Assembly (NCBI GenBank): GCA_951406725.2
Contig: OX597819.1
Coordinates: 45,446,001 to 45,510,000, forward strand
DNA length: 64,000 nt
Origin: Octopus vulgaris
Taxonomy: Eukaryota
Direction: 5' to 3'
Shown: positions 1 through 10,776 of the stretch, piece by piece
How positions within the stretch are numbered: position 1 is the first letter of the stretch
Layout of the letters: every line of letters begins with the position of its first letter
Program-made: the position numbers and the translations under genes
The notes under the pieces: model-generated
Database searches by the model: none
What the model saw: only the letters and a program-made list of their open reading frames with translations
Told to the model about the DNA's origin: nothing

Positions 1-46
1 TTCTTGTTTTCCTTGTTGTTGTTATTTTAGGTGTGGTCACTGTTTG

Positions 47-780
47 CTAGATGCGCGTTTCAACTGGTTGGTGTGCTCCGAAGGATTTTCGGGCCAAAAC
101 ACACGGATAACTTCCTGAAATCCTTGGACAGCCATTACTGAACTCTACAGGCATGGTAGTGCGGTCGGCTGCACTTGCCCAAGGAGTGCACAGAATGACG
201 AACTGTCTTGTGTGCACTTTCACGGTGCAAATACTTTCTGTCACGTGTAGGACGGATCCAGTTAACGGTGACCCGATCGTAAAGTTGCCCATCACCTTCC
301 TTTGGTCACGAAGTGCAGGGAATTTTTCTCTCTCTGGTAGCTATGTCACAAGGGGTTGTGTGGTAGACGTGATTGAAAGGGCTGCAGACACGTACTTTTC
401 TCATCGGTCAAGCTCTCATCGACCTTTGATGTTTCCCCTGGAAAGGAAAGAGAGGCTGGGTAGGGAGGTACTATCTTCTCGTAAATTTTTTAAAATGTGG
501 GGGAATGTAGCGAGAATGGCTCGAGTAAGTGGACCTACTTTCAGCATGTTCCTGCCGGCTAAAATATAAGTAGGACAGAAGAGCATTAACCAAGGTGCAC
601 CTAGTGAGCAGAGTAACTCAGGATCTGTGGGATTTCTTAGTCATCCGTGTAATGCTCCCCAATATTGGGGAATTTCATATCATTGTTGTTGTTGTTTTAT
701 TGTTTACATGTGTTTTATATAAACTCACTCTGTCCCTTATTTTTATATCGTCCTTTTTGTCTTGTGGCCAATAAAGAAAG
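47..780 (+). mobile_element. Degenerate 3' end of an L1/Tx1-like non-LTR retrotransposon (zinc-finger/C-terminal region plus 3' UTR)
   Basis: Frameshifted translation gives LYRHGSAVGCTCPRSAQNDE (decayed CxxC knuckle) and ERKERLGREVLSSRKFFKMWGNVARMARV. It is homologous to the fragment at 55410-55850 and ends cttgtggccaataaagaaa before (TTA)n. Confidence 0.65.
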
Positions 781-781
781 G

Positions 782-823
<42 letters not shown>

Positions 824-1370
824 GAGTGAGAGAGCAGTGCATGCTATCAAAGTGACACTGGGGTAAAATATACGAGGCCCAGTATACCCATCATGGCTAC
901 TTGTCATGATGGATATTCTGGTACATGTATCACAATCATATGTGCGCGACACGGTGATCTCATATCAAGATAAACAGCGCATGACCTTGCAGGCGGGGCC
1001 CAGTTAGAATTGTCTTCTGGTCGAGTAACCCATCCCGCTCAACAGGTCCCTGAATAAGGGTTGTTTAAGGATGTTGAATGAAACACCCATGTTTCCAAAG
1101 GTGAATTATTCAAACCTCTAAGACGTCCTTTCAACACACGGCTATGACGCTCCCCACACTACTTCTGCTCATGATCAGAGATGCACATATCGTCAGCCAC
1201 TAAGGGACATGCTCAACTGGTTAAGGTCAAACAACTGACAAGCAAATCTGTGGTATTGAGCAGAATATTTGCAGTAGCCCATCTTTTATACCAAGACAAA
1301 ACAATGTACATGATAATACTTCCAATCAGTTAAGATCAGAAGCCATGAGAGCCACTGCCTGGTACTGCAT
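824..1370 (-). mobile_element. Family A non-coding ~550-bp retroposon, copy 1
   Basis: Begins gagtgagagagcagtgcatg on +, flanked by (ATT)n on both sides, near-identical to 5 other copies. Confidence 0.9.
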
Positions 1371-1414
1371 TATTATTATTATCATTATTATTACTATTAT
1401 TATGATTATTCAGA

Positions 1415-1622
1415 TGGCAAGCTGGCATAGTCGATAGCACACCGGGCAAATGCTTAGCGGCATTTCGTCTGCCTTTACGTTCTGGGGTTAAATGCCGCCG
1501 AGGTCGACTTTGCCGTTCATCCTTTCGGAGTCGATAAACTAAGTATCAGTGATACACCGGGGTTGATGTATTCGACTTGTCTCCTCCCCCAAATTTCAGG
1601 CCTTGTGCCTATAGTAGAAAGG

Positions 1623-1625
<3 letters not shown>
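1415..1625 (+). mobile_element. SINE family B, short-tail variant ending in (ATT)n
   Basis: ggcaagctggca...gccgaggtcgactttgcc...ccccaaatttcaggccttgtgcctatagtagaaaggg then (TTA)n; many copies in the window. Confidence 0.8.
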
Positions 1626-1709
<84 letters not shown>

Positions 1710-2264
1710 GAGTGAGAGAGCTGTTCATGCCATCAAAGTGACACTGGGGTAAAATATACGAAGCCCAATATACCCATCATGACTACTCGTCTGATAAGGG
1801 TACACCAGGCACATGCATCACAACCATATGTGCTCGACATGGTGATCTCATATCAAGATAAACAGCACATGACCTTGCAGGTGGGGCTCAGTTAGAATTT
1901 TCTTCAGGTTGAGTAGCCCATCCTGCTCAAAAGGTCCCTGATTAAGGGTTGTTTAAGGATGTTGAAAGAACCACCCATGTTTCCAAAGTGAATTATTCAA
2001 ACCCCATAGAATCCCTCTCAACACATGGCTATGATGCTCCCCCACTACTTCTGCTCGTGATCAGAGATGCACATATCGTCAGCCACTAAGAGACATGCTC
2101 AACTGGTTAAAGTCAAACAACTGACAAGCAAACCTGTGGTATTGAGCAGAATATTTGCTGTAGCCCATCTTTTATACCAAGACAAAACAATGTACATGAT
2201 AACACTTCCAATCAGTCAAGATCAGAAGCCATGAGAGCCACTGCCTGGTACTGCATCAGGGCAT
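1710..2264 (-). mobile_element. Family A retroposon, copy 2 (full length)
   Basis: gagtgagagag...ctggtactgcatcagggcat, embedded in (ATT)n. Confidence 0.9.
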
Positions 2265-2270
2265 TTATTA

Positions 2271-2327
<57 letters not shown>

Positions 2328-2640
2328 GGGTAAAGACCCCCTTCGGTCATGAATGACCATGGGATTGCACCTAGAAAGTTACCCTCCTAGACACAAGTCC
2401 GGGCAAGGTTGTTTATGGAAGGCTAGCAGTCGCCCATGCATACCAGCCTCCCCTCTCCACGCCACCAGTGTTATCCAAGGGAAAGACAAAGGTCGATACA
2501 GCTTGGCACCTGTGACGTCGCAACTCATTTCTACAGCTGAGTGAACTGGAGCAACGTGAAATAAAGTGTCTTGCTCAAGAACACAACACGCAGCCCGGTC
2601 CGGGATTCGAGCTCACAACCTCACGATCGTAAGCTCGACG
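2328..2640 (-). mobile_element. SINE family E (tRNA-derived), 5'-truncated
   Basis: The minus strand has a B-box-like gagctcgaatccc followed by gtgttcttgagcaagacactttatttcacgttgctccagttcactcagctg. A second copy lies at 46446-46756. Confidence 0.8.
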
Positions 2641-2678
<38 letters not shown>

Positions 2679-2692
2679 CATTATTATTATTA

Positions 2693-2732
<40 letters not shown>

Positions 2733-2776
2733 CATTTGTTATTTGTTCCTATTAACAATTCGCCTGCCAGTTAGCT

Positions 2777-3200
2777 AACTGGCAGGAGAATTGTTAGCAT
2801 GCCGGGCAAAATGCTGAGCGGTATTTCGTCCGTCTTCATGTTCTGAGTTCAAATTCCGTCGAGGTTGACTTTGCCTTTCATCCTTTTGGTGCTGGGGGGG
2901 GCGATTGAATAGACTAGTCTTCTCCCCACAAAATTTCAGGTCTTGTGGCCTATAAAGGAAAGGATTATTATTATTATTATTATTAAGGTGGCGAGCCAGC
3001 AGAATCGCTTGTGCGCTGGACAAAATGCTTAACCGTATTTCACCCGTCGCTAAGTTCTTAGTTTAAATTCTGCCGAGGTCGACTTTGCCTTTCATCCTTT
3101 CGGGCTCGATAAAATAGGTACCAGTTTGAACATTGGGGTCGGTGTAGTCGACTGATTTCCTCCCTTAGAATTTCTACCTTTGTGCCTAGATTTAAAACCA
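2777..3200 (+). mobile_element. Two head-to-tail SINE family B copies (2777-2965, 2986-3200) separated by (ATT)n
   Basis: Both carry ttctgagttcaaattcc-like B-box sequence and gactttgcctttcatccttt. Confidence 0.8.
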
Positions 3201-3378
3201 TTATTATTATTATTATTATTGTTGTTGATCTTCTTGCTGTCGTTTTTGTATATCAAGAATTCCATTGTCCAACGTTTTCTTCGTTTTTCTGAGATGGTAG
3301 ATAGTAATTTAAGGGGGATTTGAATACTTTTTCTAATAGAGCTATTTACCATCCAGGAGTGCCCTATTTTTTTAAATA

Positions 3379-3539
3379 TAGGATAGACTGTGTGGTAAGT
3401 AGATTGCTTACGAACTACATATTCACAGGTTCAGTCCCACTGCGTAGCACCTTGGGCGAGTGTCTTATACTATAGCCTCGGGCCGACCAAAGTCTTTTGA
3501 GAGGATTTGGTAGACGGAAACTGAAAGAAGCCCCTCGTA

Positions 3540-3614
<75 letters not shown>

Positions 3615-3833
3615 GTGTGTGTGTGTATATGTTTGTGTGTCTGTGTTTGTCTCCCGAACAAAGCTTGACAACCGATGCTGGTGTGTTTATGTCCCCGTAA
3701 CCTAGCGGTTCGGCAAAAGAGACCGATATAATAAGTACTAGGTTTACAAAGAACAATTGCTGGGGGCGATTTGCTCGACTAAAGGCGGTGTTCCAGCATG
3801 GCCACAGTCACATGACTGAAACAAGTAAAAGAG
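3379..3833 (+). mobile_element. SINE family C (tRNA-derived, internal microsatellite)
   Basis: ctgtgtggtaag...ggttcagtcccactgcg head, central (TA)/(TG) tract, tail gactaaaggcggtgttccagcatggcc...tgactgaaacaagtaaaagag. Confidence 0.85.
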
Positions 3834-4087
3834 TCCTATTGTAAATCTCATCAAAGTGTATCTCAATGTTGCATTGATGCTTGTGTTGCTGCAACTGTTG
3901 TCATTGTTGTGGTTATTGCTGATGTCGTTGTTGTCGATGATGATGATGATGATGATGACGACGACGACGACAACGTTAACGGAACTTACATAGATAACTA
4001 TATCAAGTATCTTCAGTTCATGATTCGACATAAAACCCTATAAAATCCATACGGTTTCTCGCATCCATTTTGTGACATTCAAACATG

Positions 4088-4613
4088 TCCGGTTGTCCGG
4101 AAAGTTCGTGCCGATTTCTAAAGGAAAGGAAAAGGTCAATAAATACTTGCCATTACATTTTTAATAACCTAAACGTCTCCATCTTTTATTTAACTTGAAA
4201 ATACCATCTTCCCAGAATTGAGGTGGTTTCAGGCAAAGAATTCATCAAGGTATCTTTTTACGTCATCCAAGGACCTGAAATTTTTACCATTAAGACTCTT
4301 CTGCAGAGACCTGAATAAGCGGAAATCCGAAGGAGCAACATCTGGTGAATATGGAGTGTGGGGTAGCACATCCCAGCCGAGCTGCAGCAATTTTTGTCTG
4401 GTTCCCAAAGCATCAAGTGGCGAAAATGAACTTTCTTATCTTCCCTTTTAAACACAGGTTATAGGAACATAAACCTTCTTCCACGAAAAAATAGCTTGAA
4501 CTGTGCTCTAAATGAAGATGTAGTCAAATCCTTTTTTATGGACTCAACCATGTTCTAAAATAAGTCGAAAGATAAGCTACTACAAATCGGCACGAACTTT
4601 CCTGACAACTCAA
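4088..4613 (-). mobile_element. Internally deleted non-autonomous mariner (MITE-like)
   Basis: TIRs ggttgtccggaaagttcgtgccgattt / aaatcggcacgaactttcctgacaac with TA at the right flank. Remnants EDKKVHFRHLMLWE and SPDVAPSDFRLFRSLQ on minus. Confidence 0.85.
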
Positions 4614-4849
4614 TATCTTACTGCAATGAAAGTGATGAATTGACAGTATCGTTAGAACCTCGGTAGAAGACATGTTGTAGTCGTCCCGGCTCTCTCACCC
4701 TGAGTTCAAATATAACCAACGTCCAGTGTTCCCGGTCTCTCTCGCCCCGGAGTTGGGGAACAAAGTGCCAACACAGAACTCGGTTCGATTCTTTCATTCT
4801 GTATGTCTGCCCCGTGCTCTGACAAACTGTCCGTTTGTCTGTCTCTGTC

Positions 4850-5058
4850 AGTCATTCTCCCTTTCTTTCTCTCTATTTCTCCTCTCTCTCTCTCTCTATC
4901 TGTTTGTCTGTCAGTCTGTCAGTCTGTCTGCCTGTCTACCTATCTATCTATCTTTCTGTCTGTCCATCTGTCTATCTAACGAACTATCTATCTGTCTGTC
5001 TGTCTGTCTGTCTTTCTGTCTATCTCCGTCTGTCTGTCTAACTATCTATCTGTCTGTA

Positions 5059-5128
<70 letters not shown>

Positions 5129-5295
5129 ACTATCTATCTATCTGTCTATTTATCTGTCTGTCTGTCTATCTATCTAACTATCTATCTATCTATCTGTTTG
5201 TCTGTTTGTCTGTCTGTCTGTCTATCTATCTATATATCTATCTATCTATCTATCTATCTATCTGTCTATCAATCAGTTTGTGTGCCTGTCTGTCT
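4850..5295. repeat. Compound (TCTA)n/(TCTG)n microsatellite
   Basis: Directly visible tetranucleotide repeats. Confidence 0.95.
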
Positions 5296-5827
5296 GCACG
5301 TTTGTTTTCTCTTTAGGAGAACTCGGCTGTGGTCAAACTGATGGGCTACGTCAGAATTCGGGATGCTTGACCTGCAGCGTTATGTGTAATGGCGGCTTAC
5401 CTACATCATTAGTAGTTGAGAGCCCAAGGCAGGGCAATGGCAAATGCGTCAGTGAAAAAAACGTAAATTTGAGCTTACGCTTCTTATACACCAGAAACTT
5501 AATGTTATTTCTTCAGCGCGCTCAAGAAAATTCCGACGAATATCAAATACTCTGACCATCTCTACTTTACAATCAACATTGCTATAACAATGTTCGTACC
5601 TCAACACAGGACCTAAAGGAAGGATGAAATTCCTTTGAAGGTATCAGATCAAATAATTGATCTCAAACTTGTGTTAAGTTTGAATACGGCAGGTCGAAGA
5701 TGCATAAAATATCGTTATATCGATGATCGATACGATGGATATAATGGTATTACTCTATACTAGCATTCGAGTATAATACACTTCAAAATTTTTGCTCTTT
5801 TATACAGCACTTCTGTATAGATTATTG

Positions 5828-5960
5828 AAGGCGTGTGGCCTTGTAGTTAGCAGGTTGCACCTGACAAGCGTAAGATTGCAGTTTCGATTCCCGAACCGGG
5901 AGGTGTGTTGTGTTCTGGAACAAAACGCTTCATTTAAGGTTGTTTAAGGATCACTTCGAC
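5828..5960 (+). mobile_element. Decayed tRNA-derived SINE head (related to families D/E)
   Basis: gaaggcgtgtggcc...gtttcgattcccgaaccggg...tgtgttgtgttct. Confidence 0.55.
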
Positions 5961-6232
5961 ATCTTATATATAACATGCCGTTCATCTGTACAAGCAATCG
6001 ATTTGATCGCAATAAACGAACCAACTGTGCAGGTTACCCAGCAAGAATTTGCAGGACTGTGACCTGTCATTTACGATTGATCCGCTCCATTGGTTTCCAA
6101 AAACGAAAGCTCTACTTAGTCGCTGAATACGCTGGAAATAACAGGCCAGTCGCACTGAAACAACACCCGATGGTTTTAGATAATAAAAGATACATTGAAC
6201 AGCATCATTAGTCCCTGATATACATGAAAACT

Positions 6233-6615
6233 GTGGAGGCGCAGTGGTCCAGTGGTTAAAACAGCGGACTCGCAGTCGTAGGATCGCGGTTTTGATTCCC
6301 AGATCGAGCGTTGTGAGTATTTATTAAATGGAAACACTTAAAGCTTCACGAGGCTCTGGCAGTGCGGGGTGGCGATCCCTGCTGTACTCTTTCAACACAA
6401 CTTTCTCTCTCTCATTCTTCCTGCTTCTGATGTACCTGTATTTCAAAGGGCCAGTCTTGTCACATCCTGTGTCACGCTGAATCTCCTCGAGAAATACTTT
6501 AAGGGTACACGTGTCTGTGGAGTGCTCAGCCACTTACACGTTAATTTCACGAGCAGGCTGTTCCGGTGATCGGATGAACTGGAACCCTCGTCGTCGTAAC
6601 CGACGGAGTGCCACG
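6233..6615 (+). mobile_element. SINE family D (tRNA-derived)
   Basis: tggaggcgcagtggtccagtggtta (A box), ggttttgattccc (B-box-like); the head is shared with 54577-54872. Confidence 0.8.
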
Positions 6616-6914
6616 ACGACGACATGAAAATGAGAGGGTTTCTGCGTAAACACATTGGACTCTAGATAGTTTCAATTGCCCAGTCAAGCAGAACAATGTT
6701 CAGAGATATTCCAGCCGTGACTGTCCAGTCTTTTATTTTTCCTGGACTTTACTTCTTTAAAGACTTCTCTTTGTTTCAAAGGCATTAGCATGTGATTTTC
6801 AGGGGTTTAACTCTCTTTTCTAGTAGATTAAATTCCCTAGTAGACGTTTTCCGTTCAGCCGTTTGGTATATTTGCATTGATGGGAGAATGTGGAATGATG
6901 TTAACGGTGTCAGA

Positions 6915-7673
6915 CATGGTGGGGTGGCAGTGGCGGTGGTGGTGGTGGTGGTGGCAATTGACGTCGTCGTCGTTTTTGTGATGGTGGTGATGACGTTGAC
7001 GATGGTGATGATGACGGCGGTGGCGATGGTGATGATGTTGAAAGTACGAGAAAGGTGGTTACGGTAAACATGATAGATGAAGGTCGTGTTAGTGCTAGTA
7101 TATTAATGTTAGTGGTGGTGGTGGTGGTGGTGGTGGTAAAATTAATGGTGGTGTTAGCAGTGCTAGTAGTAGTGGTGGTGGTGGTGATGGCGTTGATGTG
7201 ATGACGAAGATGGCGGCGATGGTGTTAATGGCAAAGACGATGATGGTTGAGGAGTGGGGTTTGTTGGAAGCACGTGTTGTTGTTGTTGGTTGTGGTGGCG
7301 GTGACGCCGACAGTGGTAGTGGTGGTGGTGGTGGAGTGAGGGCGGGAGTGGTGATGATGGTGATGGTGGTGGTGGTGGTGGTGGTGGTGGTGGCGGCGGC
7401 GGCGTCGATGCTATGATGGTGGTTGGGATTGTAGTGTGTTAGCAATGTCCAGCTGTGTAAGGCAATACAAGAGCCTGTATTAGGCATGCGCACTCCATCC
7501 AGTTCTTCATGTTCTACCATCACCACACCCCCATCCACTACCCAGTCGTCACTAGGGGACGGAAATGATAGGGTGTGAGCAGCTGTGTAACTTCTCCTGC
7601 TTGTGTGGCAACAGGGAGGGGCAGAGTGTGTGTGTGTGGGGAAATGGCCACAGTGGTGGTGGGGGTGGCTAAT

Positions 7674-7708
<35 letters not shown>

Positions 7709-10170
7709 GATTTGTACATGTATGTGTGCGTATGTGTTTGTCCATATGTATGTGTATTTGTGTTTGAGAGAGAGATAGTCTGCGAACGTATGTATGCGTG
7801 TGTATATGTATGTGCGTGTGTGTGTGTGTGCCTGTGTGTGAGAGTCTGTGTGTGTGTGTATATATATGTAGGTGGGTGTGAGTCTCTCTGTGCATATGTA
7901 TGTTTGTGCGTGTGCGAGTGTCTGTGTGCGTATATATATATATTTGTGTGTCTTTCTGTATGTGTTTGTGTTTATGGGTGAGAGTCTGTGTGCGTATGTA
8001 TGTGTATGTGTATGTGTGTGTGTGTGTGGGCGAGTGTGCGTGTGTATGTGTATGTAAGTGTGACGGGGGGTGGTGTTATAAGGGAGTTGCAGGGTTTGGG
8101 ATGGTCGATAATGGAGGCAGTGGTGTTTTTTTTTTCGTTTGCTTCCTTTTTTAAAAAATTTTTTTTCTTAAATGCTAGAGGTGATGTTTGCGAAGGTGGC
8201 GTTGTTGATGGACAGGCTGCTGTGGTAGCAATGGTAGCCGCACAGATGTGATGACTGTGAAAGTGAATGGAGTGGTACTGACGGCGGCGGTGGTGTTGGT
8301 AGTGGTGGTGGTGGTGGCGGTGGTGGCTGTGGTGGTGATAGTGGTGTTGGTGATAGTTCTGGTGGAGGTTGTGGTGGTGGCGGTACCGGTGGTTATGGTG
8401 GTGGTGGTGGTGGTGGTTGTGGTGGTAGTGGTGGCTGTGGTGGTGATAGTGGTGTTGGTGATAGTTCTGGTGGAGGTTGTGGTGGTGGCGGTGGCTGTGG
8501 TTATGGTGGTGGTGGTGGTGGTGGTAGCGGTGGTCGTCGTCATCGTCGTCGTTATCATATTCGTCTTCATCTTGGTCGTCGTCATCGTGCTGATAGTTGT
8601 AGTAGTGGTACTAGCGCGGTGGTGGTTGTGGTGGTGGTTGTAGTAGTGTAGTGGTGGTGGCAGTGTTGGGTCCTCGTCATCGTCTTGGTAGCATCAGTGG
8701 TAGCGGTGTGGTGGTGGTGGTGGTGGTGGTGGTGGCGGTGGTTGTGGTGATGGTGGTGGTAATGGTGGTTATGGCATTCACGATGAAGGTGATGGTGGTA
8801 TTGAGGCTAATGGTGGTTGTGGTAATAATGATAATAACGGCAGCGGCGGCGGCGGTGGCGGTGGTGGTGGTGGTGGAGGTGGTGGTAGTGGTGGTGGTGG
8901 TGGTGGTGGTGGTTTTGGTGGTGGTGGTGATAGTGGTGTTGGTGGTGGTGGTGGTGGTGGTGGTGGTGGTGGTGGTGGTGGTGGTGGTGGTGGTGGTGGT
9001 GGTGGTGGTGGTGGTGGTAGTGGTGGTGGTAGTGGTGGTGGTTTTGGTGGTGTGATGGTGGTGACGACGGCGGCGGCGGCGGTGGTGGTGGTGGTGGTGG
9101 TGGTGGTGGTGGTGGTGGTGGTGGTGGTGAGGATAGTGGTAGTAGTGGACTTGATTTGGTGGTGGCGGCGGCGGTGGTCTCCGTTTTGCAATGAAAATGG
9201 TGGTAGTGGTGCTGTTGTTTGTGAAGATGGTGGTGGTTTTCTTCTGATGGCGACGGTCGTTTTCCTGGTGGTTGTAGCGGTGATGTTGATAGCGTTCGTT
9301 TTCTTTTTGATGGTGTTAGCAGTGGTTACGGCATCGTTTGAGACGGTGGTAGTGGTAGTAAATTAGGGGGTGGTTATGGTTACGATGGTAGCGGTTTTGG
9401 TCGTAGGCGTCGTAATCATGGTGGTGGTATTGATAGTGAAGGTGAGAGCAACATTGCGAATAATAGTGGCGATGGTGGTGGTGGTGGTGGTTGCGTTGGT
9501 GGTGGTGGTGGTGGTTGCGTTGGTGGTGGCAGCGGTGGTGGTGGTGGTGGTGGTGGTGATGGTATTAACTGAAGTAGTTTGGGCGGCAGTAGTAGTGGTA
9601 GTGATAGTGGAACAGTGCCGAGCAGTTATTTGTAATATTAGAACTGAAGAACTCGCATCGATGACGTTGTGATGGCGATGGTGGTAGGAACCGTAATTTT
9701 GTGCGATCAGAGACAAGTACGCCGTGGTAGGACAGAGGTAGAAAGTAGCGATGGTGAAGGAGATGGTGGCGTGATGATGGTGACGGTGGAGATGATAGTG
9801 GTAGTGGTAGTAGCGGTGGTGGTGGTGGTGGTAGTTGTGGTTGTGATGATGATGCTAGCAAACGATGTTAGAAACGGCACTAGTATTGATGGAAACGATA
9901 AGTATTGGTGCTCAGTTCAAGTTTGTAGCAAGCAAATAATAGGGGTAGTGGTGGTGGTGGTGGAGAAGAGATCGTGGTGCGACGATGGCAAGCAGCAGCG
10001 GCGGCGGCGTTGGTGGAGATGATAGTGGATAATGGAGAAGAAGCTGGGAGTGATGTTAGAAATGGTAACGGTGTTGATGGAAACCTTAGGTCTTGGTGTT
10101 GGTGGTAGAGTGGTGGTAGTAGTGATGGATGTGATACGAGAAGTTTATGATGTCGTAGTTGTACTAATGA
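6915..10170. repeat. Large G/T-skewed low-complexity domain: degenerate (GGT)n/(GAT)n with an internal (TG)n block at ~7676-8060
   Basis: Directly visible; the purest (GGT)n run is at ~8860-9130. Confidence 0.95.
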
Positions 10171-10357
10171 CTGACAAACAACGGAATTGGCAGTCTCTTA
10201 AGTTACTGATGGCGCGCGTCAAATTGTATCAGTTTAGTTAATTGTATGCATTCGTATGCATAATTTGGTGTGTGCATAAGTTCCAACGAACGTCAATGTT
10301 TACGCGAAGTAGCTGCAGCATCGGATAAAATATCTCGTGGTATTTATTCAGATTCTG

Positions 10358-10776
10358 AGTTCTGAGTTCAAATCCGCCGAGGTCCACTTTACCTTTCATC
10401 CTTTCGAGGTCGATTAAATAAGTACCTATTTCTTTATTACCCACAAGGGGCTAAACACAGAGGGGACAAACAAGGACATACATAGGTATTAAGTCGATTA
10501 CATCGACCCCAGTGCGTAACTGGTACTTAATTTATCGACCCCGAAAGGATGAAAGGCAAAGTCGACCTCGGCGGAATTTGAACTCACAACGTAACGGCAG
10601 ACGAAATACCGCTAAGCATTTCGCCCGGCGTGCTAACGTTTCTGCCAGCTCGCCGCCTTAAGTTCCGATTAAATAAGTACCAGTTACGCACTGAGGTCGA
10701 TATAATCGACTTAATCCGCTTGTCTTTCCTTGTTTGTCCTCTCTGTGTTTAGCCCCTTGTGGGTAGTAAAGAAATA
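10358..10776 (+). mobile_element. 5'-truncated SINE B (long-tail variant), interrupted by a nested antisense copy
   Basis: Flanked by direct repeat atttattcagattctg (10342-10357, 10780-10795); ends gccccttgtgggtagtaaagaaata. Confidence 0.8.
10427..10665 (-). mobile_element. Full-length SINE B (long-tail variant) nested antisense in another SINE B
   Basis: The minus strand starts aaggcggcgagctggcagaaacg; flanked by 16-bp duplication cgattaaataagtacc (10411-10426, 10666-10681). Confidence 0.85.

Noticed and set aside
824-3225. Repeat-spacer alternation superficially like a CRISPR array
   Set aside because: The units are eukaryotic retroposons separated by (ATT)n; there are no fixed short repeats with unique spacers and no cas genes.
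5317-5462. Possible + strand exon after ttttctctttag
   Set aside because: Weak donor (C|gtaaat), 146 nt, and the only open frame resembles no known protein.
7095-9861. Long Val-, Thr-, Pro- or Gly-rich ORFs on both strands
   Set aside because: These are translations of degenerate (GGT)n and (TG)n; several frames are open at once and there is no splice or domain support.
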